IMG/VR virus record: IMGVR_UViG_3300045988_077029 | Location: 1 to 34,452 of that record | Origin: a virus | DNA length: 34,452 nucleotides | Direction: 5' to 3' (one strand) | In this document: positions 7,571 to 13,353 of the stretch, in pieces | Layout: each line of letters begins with the position of its first letter | Numbering within the stretch: position 1 is the first letter of the stretch | The notes under the pieces: generated by a model | Database searches by the model: none | Seen by the model: the letters and a program-made list of their open reading frames with translations, nothing else | Told to the model about the DNA's origin: nothing | Made by a program: the position numbers and the translations under genes

Positions 7571-8143
7571 TCATCGTGCATACACCCCCTTTGCCAAAAC
7601 GGGGCTTGCATTTCCGCGTGAGTATGATATACTGTTCTTGCAATCGTTTTCAGACTCGAACCTCTGAGAACATGAACGCTTCGACGTGCCACCGTCGGGG
7701 CGTTCTTTTTTTGCGCCGTCAGCGTAGATCACTTGATAGGCCGCGGCAATGGTCTCGCGCAGCTCTTGCACGATGACGTCGAATTCTGATCGCTCGCTCT
7801 CGTCGATCACGCCGTCCTCGGCGATGCGCAGCAGCCCGTTGATGCAGTCCGCCGCGTCTCGCAGCCGGTTGGTCAGTGTGATCGTCGCCTGCGGCAGGGG
7901 CTTTGTCTCCACCTCCGGCAGCACGCCCAGCTGATCCGTCGCGCGGCTGTGCTCCAGCGCGAGCCACGGCAGATCGTAGACCTCAACCATCTTTGCGACC
8001 ACGCCGTCCGGTGGCACGCGTCGGCCGCTCTCATATTGTTTCAGACTTTCCGCCGAAAGTCCAAGCCGCTCGGCTGCCTCTTCCTGCGATAATCGGGTAG
8101 CCTTTCTTGCCCTTTGGTATAAATTTTGGTATTTGGGATGCAT
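7571..8143 (-). CDS. XRE-family HTH transcriptional regulator (190 aa)
   Basis: RLSQEEAAERLGLSAESLKQYESGRRVP. AAAGGAGAA Shine-Dalgarno. Confidence 0.75.
   Translation of the reverse strand: MHPKYQNLYQRARKATRLSQEEAAERLGLSAESLKQYESGRRVPPDGVVAKMVEVYDLPWLALEHSRATDQLGVLPEVETKPLPQATITLTNRLRDAADCINGLLRIAEDGVIDESERSEFDVIVQELRETIAAAYQVIYADGAKKERPDGGTSKRSCSQRFESENDCKNSISYSRGNASPVLAKGVYAR
7606..7633 (+). promoter_or_regulatory. Sigma70-type promoter TTGCAT-16-TGaTATACT (extended -10)
   Basis: Read directly on the plus strand. No plus-strand CDS follows, only a hairpin terminator about 40 nt downstream. Confidence 0.55.
7640..7712 (+). ncRNA. Candidate ~70-nt antisense sRNA (lambda oop-like), antisense to the 3' end of the XRE gene
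   Basis: Bounded by the promoter at 7606-7633 and the intrinsic terminator at 7674-7712. Confidence 0.5.
7674..7712 (+). terminator. Rho-independent terminator (13-bp stem with two G-U pairs, 6-nt loop, U7)
   Basis: gaacgcttcgacg-tgccac-cgtcggggcgttc followed by ttttttt. Confidence 0.7.
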
Positions 8144-8172
8144 GGATATTTTCTCCTTTCTGTGCTATGGTT

Positions 8173-8385
8173 TTACCAGGTTGACATCCACCGTGCCAGA
8201 GGCACAATGGGGATGATGTACCGTCTTCCGACCTTCTTGACGGGGAAAGTCTTGTCGTTGAGCAGCGCCATGCGGTCGACGCACAACAGCTTTTCGCTTT
8301 GTTCCATCGTCAGCACCTCCTGCCCCTCGTAGCGCTCGCGCAGCGCTTGCAGCTGGTCGCGAAAATCCTCTCGCTCTCGCGGCAT
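8173..8385 (-). CDS. Excisionase-family / MerR-like HTH DNA-binding protein (70 aa)
   Basis: LTMEQSEKLLCVDRMALLNDKTFPVKKVGRRYIIPIVPLARWM fits the HTH_17 pattern. ATG at 8385 lies just after the cro-like stop. Confidence 0.6.
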   Translation of the reverse strand: MPREREDFRDQLQALRERYEGQEVLTMEQSEKLLCVDRMALLNDKTFPVKKVGRRYIIPIVPLARWMSTW

Positions 8386-8387
8386 GT

Positions 8388-8591
8388 TTACTCGCTCCTT
8401 TCGTCTCGATAAAGATCGTTGATCGTGCACCCGAGCAGCTGTGCGATCTGCGGCAGCGTCTCGGACGACGGCGCGTTCACGCCGCGCTCCCAGGCGCTCA
8501 CAGTCTGCACCGTCACGCCCAGATGCTTGGCAAGGTAGCTCTGGGAGACGCCCTTGCGCTCGCGCATCGCCTTGACATTCAGTTTCAGCAA
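8388..8591 (-). CDS. Cro-like XRE HTH regulator (67 aa), first gene of the early operon
   Basis: RERKGVSQSYLAKHLGVTVQTVSAWERGVNAPS. TTG start with AAAGGAG 8 nt upstream. Divergent from the cI-like gene. Confidence 0.8.
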   Translation of the reverse strand: MLKLNVKAMRERKGVSQSYLAKHLGVTVQTVSAWERGVNAPSSETLPQIAQLLGCTINDLYRDERSE

Positions 8592-8643
8592 AATATCGGC
8601 TCCTTTCTTCCTCTTGATTTTTTCGCCGTGCCGTGATACTCTC

Positions 8644-8660
8644 TAAATTGTAAATTGATA
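8644..8660 (+). repeat. Switch-region box A, TAAATTGTAAATTGATA
   Basis: Direct repeat of box B (the 13-mer TAAAYTGTAAATT has one mismatch). Confidence 0.5.
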
Positions 8661-8800
8661 CCCAGTCAAAAAGAAAAAGAACGGGGGAGCGAGGACGAGT
8701 CGAACGCCCTTCTGGCAGTGGAGGAGACCATCCAAGCGATAGCCCAGGGAGAGAAACAGCAAGAGTATCCAATCATTTGCCGCGCACCGGCCGCTCCGTA

Positions 8801-8828
8801 TTCAATTCCTAAACTGTAAATTTATGAT
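8801..8828 (+). promoter_or_regulatory. Possible promoter of the cI-like gene, TTCAAT-16-TATGAT
   Basis: Read directly. The predicted start falls in the first ATCGGA/TCCGAT palindrome. Confidence 0.35.
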
Positions 8829-8829
8829 A
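8810..8829 (+). repeat. Switch-region box B, TAAACTGTAAATTTATGATA
   Basis: Direct repeat of box A, 166 bp away. Confidence 0.5.
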
Positions 8830-8830
8830 A

Positions 8831-8875
8831 ATCGGATTTTTCCGATTGTCAATACCGCAATCGGACTTTTCCGAA
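8831..8875. promoter_or_regulatory. Two operator-like palindromes, ATCGGA-tttt-TCCGAT (8831-8846) and ATCGGA-cttt-TCCGAA (8860-8875)
   Basis: Read directly. 29-bp centre-to-centre spacing, between the divergent cro-like and cI-like genes. Confidence 0.6.
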
Positions 8876-8908
8876 GTTTTGTCTAATTGTCCAATTACAT
8901 ATAGGTAG

Positions 8909-9247
8909 GTGATCCCCATAGAAACAGAAATCTTTGTGCAGAATGTCATAAAATACTGCGACATCAAGGGGATTAAGCCAACTATTGCGTGCGCAGAGAG
9001 CGGAGCCGGAAAAGATTTACTTGGACAGCTAAAAAATCGCGGGACGATCCCGTCTGTCGCCAAGGTGCAGCTCCTCGCGCAATACCTCGGCTGCACCGTC
9101 TCCGACTTGCTGGGTGAAAAAGCAACGAGCAGCCCGCCGTCCGAAGACAGCGAGCTGCTGCAAAAGATCAGCGCTCTTGCACCGGAACGGCGCAAGCAGG
9201 CGGAAGAATATCTGGACTTTTTGATAACTCAGCAAGGAAATCAGTAA
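8909..9247 (+). CDS. cI-like XRE HTH repressor (112 aa, no S24 peptidase domain)
   Basis: GKDLLGQLKNRGTIPSVAKVQLLAQYLGCTVSDLLGE. GTG start, uncertain. Divergent from the cro-like gene. Confidence 0.7.
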   Translation: MIPIETEIFVQNVIKYCDIKGIKPTIACAESGAGKDLLGQLKNRGTIPSVAKVQLLAQYLGCTVSDLLGEKATSSPPSEDSELLQKISALAPERRKQAEEYLDFLITQQGNQ

Positions 9248-9338
9248 ACCGCGCCCGGCTCTCGGGCGTCAGCTGACGGAGCTTGTCTTGGATGCGCTGG
9301 AGATCTGCGGACTTGCCGCAGTCATTTGGCTCATGCAT
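9168..9338 (-). CDS. Unlisted 56-aa ORF, convergent with and overlapping the 3' end of the cI-like gene
   Basis: GGAGGG Shine-Dalgarno 7 nt before the ATG. MHEPNDCGKSADLQRIQDKLRQLTPESRARFTDFLAELSK... Below the 60-aa cutoff of the ORF track. Confidence 0.3.
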   Translation of the reverse strand: MHEPNDCGKSADLQRIQDKLRQLTPESRARFTDFLAELSKSPDILPPACAVPVQER

Positions 9339-9354
9339 GATAGGTCCCTCCGTT

Positions 9355-9397
9355 AAAAAAATCGCCCTCTCCGCCTCTGCAACACCGAAGAGGGCGG
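9355..9397 (-). terminator. Terminator/attenuator-like hairpin with U7 on the minus strand, directly upstream of the small-ORF RBS
   Basis: Minus strand: CCGCCCUCU ... AGAGGCGG ... AGAGGGCG-A-UUUUUUU. The 5' arm can pair with either of two near-duplicate 3' arms. Confidence 0.4.
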
Positions 9398-9418
9398 CAG
9401 GCTTGCGCCTGCACCATC

Positions 9419-9427
9419 ATTGTACCA
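9419..9427 (-). promoter_or_regulatory. Extended -10 element TGGTACAAT on the minus strand
   Basis: Read directly. Would start a transcript through the 9355-9397 hairpin and the small ORF. Confidence 0.35.
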
Positions 9428-9472
9428 GCGCCGTCCGGCCTTTTTGGTCGAAACGGCTGGTAAATAAAAACG

Positions 9473-9489
9473 GTGCCCAAATCGGACAC
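9473..9489 (+). repeat. Dispersed pseudo-palindrome copy S1, GTGCCCAAATCGGACAC
   Basis: The 19-mer 9473-9491 is identical to 15031-15049. Lies 16 nt upstream of the DUF4236 gene ATG. Confidence 0.8.
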
Positions 9490-9506
9490 CGGAAAGGAAG
9501 CGTCAC

Positions 9507-10190
9507 ATGGGCAGACGATACCGCAAGAGCATCAAGCTCGGCCCGCTGCGAATCAATCTCTCGAAGTCTGGCGTTGGCTACAGCGTCGGCAATAAATTTT
9601 ACCGCGTCACCAAAAAGGCCAACGGCGGCATGCGCACGACTGCGACGCTGCCCGGCACCGGCATCAGCGATGTCAAAGACTACAGCAAAGATCAGGTAGA
9701 GGAGGCGGCTCAAATGGCCCGCACAAGAAGAAAGAAAAAAGTTCCCGCAATTGTCAGTGGCGCGGCCGCGCTGTTGGTGCTCATCGGTGTCGTCACCGGT
9801 GACGGCGATGACGCGTCTAAGGATAAGGATGACACGCCCTCTACCCGTCAGGAGCAGACGGTCAAGCCATCGACTTCCACCAAGACCACAACGACCACCA
9901 AGACGGACACGACTACACCGTCCACGTCGACCGAGACCAAGACTGAAACGACCACGCCGTCCACACCAACCGAAACCCCTGCCCCCGCGCCTCAGCCGTC
10001 TACCAAGACGGACGCAAACGCGCAGGACTCCCAGCCCGCCACGCAAAACGAGCGCAAGGTTTATCGCACCAAGACCGGCAAGCGTTATCACTATGACTCA
10101 CATTGTAACGACGGCGACTATTACGAGGTCACGCTCTCCGATGCTCAAAACGCCGGTCTGACGCCGTGCAAAAAGTGCGCGGGCGGCTGA
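9507..10190 (+). CDS. Membrane protein. DUF4236-like N-terminus, TM helix, Thr/Pro-rich linker, C-terminal Ada-like Zn motif
   Basis: MGRRYRKSIKLGPLRINLSKSGVGYSVG...LPGTGIS. AIVSGAAALLVLIGVV. TTTTTKTDTTTPSTSTETKTETTTPSTPTE. KRYHYDSHC...GLTPCKKC. Confidence 0.7.
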   Translation: MGRRYRKSIKLGPLRINLSKSGVGYSVGNKFYRVTKKANGGMRTTATLPGTGISDVKDYSKDQVEEAAQMARTRRKKKVPAIVSGAAALLVLIGVVTGDGDDASKDKDDTPSTRQEQTVKPSTSTKTTTTTKTDTTTPSTSTETKTETTTPSTPTETPAPAPQPSTKTDANAQDSQPATQNERKVYRTKTGKRYHYDSHCNDGDYYEVTLSDAQNAGLTPCKKCAGG

Positions 10191-10191
10191 T

Positions 10192-11241
10192 ATGGCCAAA
10201 TATCCAAAATACTACGTCCGGCCGGACGGCCTGCATGAGACGATCATCCGTATCAACGGCAAGCGCAAAGCCTTCCGCGGCAAGACCGACCGCGAGGTCT
10301 GGGAGAAAGTCAAGGCGTTCGACCGCGCCGCCGCCGAGGCCGAGGCCAAACAGGAAACCATAGAAGCGACCACTTTTGCCTCCCTCGCGGATGCCTGGTG
10401 GGACGAGATCGAGCCAACGCTCGAGCACAACTCAACCAAAAACTACCGCCCTGCCCTCAAGCGGGCAAAGGACGAGTTCGGCGACTGCCAGGTCTCGGAG
10501 ATCACCGCGCAGATGATCGACGCTTATATCCACGACTTTTCGGCCACTCGTGCCCGCAAAACGGCCGCGACGCAGTTGCAGATCATCAGGCAGATTTTGC
10601 GCTTTGCCGTTGTGCAAGGCGCATTGCCATATAATCCGGCCGAGGCGCTGCGCCTGCCCAAGGGCCTGAAAGTGACTTACCGCATGCCGCCGGACGAAAG
10701 CCAGGTCAAGCTTATCAAAGCCCACGCCAAAGATACCCCCTTCGGCCTGTTTGCGGCGCTGGTCTACTATACCGGCTGCCGCCGCGGCGAGGCGCTGGCC
10801 CTCACCGGCGCGGACATCGACCGCAAGGCAAAGCGGATCAGCATCACCAAATCCGTGTACTACGTCGGCAACCATGCGCAGATCAAGCAGCCGAAGACCG
10901 AAAAGGGCACGCGCGAGGTGCCGCTCCTCGACGCTCTCGACAAGTTGCTGCCGAAGCGCCTGCCCAAAGGCTACCTTTTCGCCGAGCCCAATGGTGAGCC
11001 CATGACGGACGACCATTTTTTCGATGCGTACAAAAAGTATCAACAGGCATCCGGCGTCACGGTTACCCCGCATCAGATCCGCCACGGCTACGCGACCGCA
11101 CTTTACGAGTGCGGCGTTGACTTTAAGGCGATGCAGGCCCTTCTCGGCCACGCTCAGCTCTCCACGACGATGGATATCTATACCCACGTCCGGCAAAACT
11201 CCATCAAAGCCGCCGAGGAGAAAATGCAGGAGAATTTTTAA
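10192..11241 (+). CDS. int: Tyrosine recombinase / phage integrase
   Basis: YYTGCRRGEALAL, HQIRHGYATAL, LLGHAQLSTTMDIYTHV (R-H-R-Y catalytic pattern). The start lies 1 nt after the upstream stop. Confidence 0.92.
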   Translation: MAKYPKYYVRPDGLHETIIRINGKRKAFRGKTDREVWEKVKAFDRAAAEAEAKQETIEATTFASLADAWWDEIEPTLEHNSTKNYRPALKRAKDEFGDCQVSEITAQMIDAYIHDFSATRARKTAATQLQIIRQILRFAVVQGALPYNPAEALRLPKGLKVTYRMPPDESQVKLIKAHAKDTPFGLFAALVYYTGCRRGEALALTGADIDRKAKRISITKSVYYVGNHAQIKQPKTEKGTREVPLLDALDKLLPKRLPKGYLFAEPNGEPMTDDHFFDAYKKYQQASGVTVTPHQIRHGYATALYECGVDFKAMQALLGHAQLSTTMDIYTHVRQNSIKAAEEKMQENF

Positions 11242-11253
11242 TGCTCCTCCGCA

Positions 11254-11273
11254 TGAACACACCCTTGAACACA
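11254..11273 (+). promoter_or_regulatory. attP arm-type repeats, TGAACACA x2 (12-bp spacing)
   Basis: tgaacacacccttgaacaca read directly. Same octamer pair repeated at 11443-11462. Confidence 0.55.
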
Positions 11274-11309
11274 GAATCCATTTTACCCTTGAAATTCCAC
11301 AAGTTAAAT

Positions 11310-11336
11310 AGAGTTCGAATCTCTCCTGCTGCGCCA
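11310..11336 (+). other. attP core candidate, a tRNA gene 3'-end fragment (T-loop, 3' T-stem, 3' acceptor strand, discriminator, CCA)
   Basis: AGAG-TTCGAAT-CTCTC-CTGCTGC-G-CCA. No D or anticodon arm upstream, so it is a fragment, as expected for tRNA-targeting integrases. Confidence 0.65.
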
Positions 11337-11345
11337 AAGCGAAAA

Positions 11346-11388
11346 GCCTTGGTATTACTGGAAAAACCAGTGATGCCAAGGCTTTTTT
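11346..11388 (+). terminator. Rho-independent terminator (16-bp stem, U6)
   Basis: gccttggtattactgg-aaaaa-ccagtgatgccaaggc-tttttt. Confidence 0.75.
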
Positions 11389-11413
11389 GCGTTTTCTGAA
11401 CGCTTTGTTACTG

Positions 11414-11462
11414 CCAGTTACAACCAGTTATAACCAGTTGTGTGAACACAGCCGCGAACACA
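11414..11462 (+). promoter_or_regulatory. attP arm repeats, CCAGTTA/CCAGTTA/CCAGTTG at 10-bp phase, then TGAACACA and CGAACACA
   Basis: Read directly. Confidence 0.55.
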
Positions 11463-11463
11463 G

Positions 11464-11775
11464 TCACGCGCCGCGATACATGTCCTGCAGGCGTCTGACG
11501 TCGGCAGCTCTCTCAATCTGTTTCTCGTGCAGATAGTCATAGATGGCTTTCATTTTCTCGGGCGGCTCGCCGTGCTCTTGCCGGTACTTCTGGATGACCG
11601 CCTCGACCTCTGCATGCAGCATGGTCATGTGCCGCATTTCTTCGCCGGAAAGATCGTAAAACATCTTCGCCAGCGCCGGACGCTCGTCCTTGTACTTGAG
11701 CGCGCATTTCGCGTATTTCTTCGCATCCTCGATCTCTTCGTCGACCATTTCCGACAGTTTTTCAATGAGTTTCAT
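11464..11775 (-). CDS. Four-helix-bundle / ferritin-like hypothetical protein (103 aa)
   Basis: Internal ATG with GAGGA Shine-Dalgarno. EIEDAKKYAKCAL...GEEMRHMTMLHAEVE... helical E/H-rich pattern. Confidence 0.5.
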   Translation of the reverse strand: MKLIEKLSEMVDEEIEDAKKYAKCALKYKDERPALAKMFYDLSGEEMRHMTMLHAEVEAVIQKYRQEHGEPPEKMKAIYDYLHEKQIERAADVRRLQDMYRGA

Positions 11776-11920
11776 TTTTTTCCTCGCTTTCTGCGGTCGG
11801 CTTCGGCATTGCTTTTTTGATCTCAGCGATCGCCGCGTCGCCGATCTGATTGCCGATGCTGCGCCCTGTGGGCGTGGCCACCATCGCGCCAAGCAGCATC
11901 CCGATCAAGAGCTGCACCAT
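11762..11920 (-). CDS. Small membrane peptide (52 aa)
   Basis: MVQLLIGMLLGAMVATP hydrophobic N-terminus. GAGAGGTG Shine-Dalgarno. Confidence 0.5.
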   Translation of the reverse strand: MVQLLIGMLLGAMVATPTGRSIGNQIGDAAIAEIKKAMPKPTAESEEKNETH

Positions 11921-11930
11921 CGCGCACCTC

Positions 11931-12332
11931 TCAGATCCGCTGCACGCGCAGCGCCACATTATTGACCGTAGCAGCGGCACCGGTGAGCACCAGCGTCAAA
12001 GCGGAGCCCGCAGCGCAGCAGACCTGACGCACAAGCGCCGGAATGCTGAGATCGACCGTGCCGTTGGCGGCAGCAGTCTCGGATGCAGTCGCGCCGGGAA
12101 CGGCGACGCCGTCCTTGTAGAGTGTAACGGTGACGGTTCCGGCAGCGGTAGGCGTGACGGTAACTGAGGCGTCGACATCGTAGTAGCCTGCGCCGGTAAT
12201 GTTGACAGCATTTCCGTTGAGCGCCACATCACAGCCGTAGCGGCGGATAAGGCTGCCAAGAGGGATGACACCGTCGACCGCGACTGCAGTGGGCGTCTGC
12301 ATGGCAGCGTAAAGAGCGGATTTACAAGACAT
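11931..12332 (-). CDS. Beta-sandwich protein resembling BclA C-terminal / C1q-TNF-like domains (133 aa)
   Basis: GGAGGA Shine-Dalgarno before MSCKSALY. ITGAGYYDVDASVTVTPTAAGTVTVTLYKDGVAVPGATA pattern. Confidence 0.45.
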   Translation of the reverse strand: MSCKSALYAAMQTPTAVAVDGVIPLGSLIRRYGCDVALNGNAVNITGAGYYDVDASVTVTPTAAGTVTVTLYKDGVAVPGATASETAAANGTVDLSIPALVRQVCCAAGSALTLVLTGAAATVNNVALRVQRI

Positions 12333-12427
12333 TGTTTTGTCCTCCATTCAAAAAATGGCGGGGCTTTTGCCCCGCCTGTTACCCGGCCATAGGGGCCTGC
12401 CATGTCCCCCAAGCGGGGAATATGGTA

Positions 12428-12970
12428 TTAAAGGTTGACGTTGCCGTTGCAGCCGCAAGACGCGGGGATGATCTGGCCTGCGCCGGTCGAAGCCACGCCG
12501 TACAGCGCGGGCTTGGTCAGCATGCGGCCCTCGATCGCGTCCAGACGGCGGTTGAAACCGCAGCAGCAATCGGAGATCTTCGCCGCCAAGGCGTCCGTCT
12601 GCTCCTTGGTAAAGATCCCATTCTTGAGGCTCTGGTTCTCCATCTTGAGGTCTAAGATGGTCTCCTGCAGGCGCTGCTCATAGATGCGGCTGGCCTGACT
12701 GGTGATCGCCTCGGTGCTGGCGTTGATTGCCATGCGCGTGTCGTTGCTCTGCTGCTCGATGAGATACTGCGTGCGGGACGTGTCGATGATCCCCCGCTTT
12801 TCGACCTCGCAGTTGCTCACGCGGTTGCAGCCGGTGTCATTGACGGGATACGGCATATTGCCGCGGCCAAAGCCAAAGCCGTTGCCAAAGCCGCCAAACA
12901 GCGCCGTGATGACGATGATGATAAACAGTACCGCGAGCCAGCTCATGCCGGTGCTCTGATCGTTGTTCAT
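12428..12970 (-). CDS. Membrane-anchored coiled-coil protein with a Gly-rich segment and C-terminal Cys clusters (180 aa)
   Basis: AAAGGAGA Shine-Dalgarno. WLAVLFIIIVITALFGGFGNGFGFGRG, central coiled coil, CCCGF...SCGCNGN. Confidence 0.55.
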   Translation of the reverse strand: MNNDQSTGMSWLAVLFIIIVITALFGGFGNGFGFGRGNMPYPVNDTGCNRVSNCEVEKRGIIDTSRTQYLIEQQSNDTRMAINASTEAITSQASRIYEQRLQETILDLKMENQSLKNGIFTKEQTDALAAKISDCCCGFNRRLDAIEGRMLTKPALYGVASTGAGQIIPASCGCNGNVNL

Positions 12971-13008
12971 AGTGCATTCTCCTTTCCTCAAAAAAATTAT
13001 TCCAACGG

Positions 13009-13353
13009 CTATTTCAGCCGGGGGAATTTGGTTGAGCGCCCCGCTTTGCCCTTTTGCGGGGCCTGTGAGGCGTTCTGTGCGCCGCCGAGTATCTTGTTGG
13101 CATCGGAGCGCAAAGCCTCCGGCGTCGTACCGAGAAGGCCACACAAGGCCTTTGCTTGCATTGTGCGCCCGTAGCGCGCGTAGAGGCTGTTAGCGATGTT
13201 GGGGTCGATGCCGAGGCGGCGCGCCGTGCTCTGCACGCCCTCGAGCGTGTCAGCCGTCCCGCTGATCGCCTGCTCCGCTCTCGCCGCCGCGCCTTGCAGG
13301 TTTGCGGAAGGGAACATTTTCGCCGCTGCCGCTAAGAGTTGCTTGAGGTCCAT
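13009..13353 (-). CDS. Hypothetical protein (114 aa)
   Basis: ORF track. Start overlaps the previous gene by 104 nt in another frame. Confidence 0.45.
   Translation of the reverse strand: MDLKQLLAAAAKMFPSANLQGAAARAEQAISGTADTLEGVQSTARRLGIDPNIANSLYARYGRTMQAKALCGLLGTTPEALRSDANKILGGAQNASQAPQKGKAGRSTKFPRLK

Noticed and set aside
7645-7670. T-loop-like GGTTCGAGTC on the minus strand, considered as a possible tRNA
   Set aside because: The T-arm would have an 8-nt loop. No matching acceptor 5' strand, D arm or anticodon arm exists within 90 nt. The segment is better explained as part of the XRE coding sequence and the antisense sRNA.
8173-8772. 199-aa ORF spanning the cro-like gene region and part of the switch region
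   Set aside because: Only the C-terminal 70 aa (from the ATG at 8385) look like a real HTH protein. The N-terminal extension overlaps the cro-like gene out of frame and runs into non-coding operator DNA.
8687-8798. Minus-strand element with a canonical T-arm (GGGCG-TTCGACT-CGTCC) and a 7-bp acceptor-like pairing (GGAGCGG / TCGCTCC), spanning 112 nt in the switch region
   Set aside because: It is too long for a tRNA, lacks U8, and has no foldable D or anticodon arms. It is far too short for a tmRNA. It could be a relic of an older tRNA-type att site or coincidence. It is not reportable as an RNA gene without tRNAscan-SE, ARAGORN or Infernal support.
9417-10091. 224-aa Gly/Arg/Leu-rich minus-strand ORF
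   Set aside because: It is antisense to the DUF4236/Thr-rich gene. Its repetitive GRRG/LGG composition simply mirrors the Thr/Pro codon repeats on the other strand.
10215-10228. Perfect 14-bp palindrome CGTCCGGCCGGACG at the 5' end of int, considered as a seventh copy of the dispersed motif
   Set aside because: It shares only the GTCCG/CGGAC arms, has a different central spacing (2 nt rather than 3) and lacks the ATCGGACAC core. In GC-rich coding DNA it is probably coincidental.
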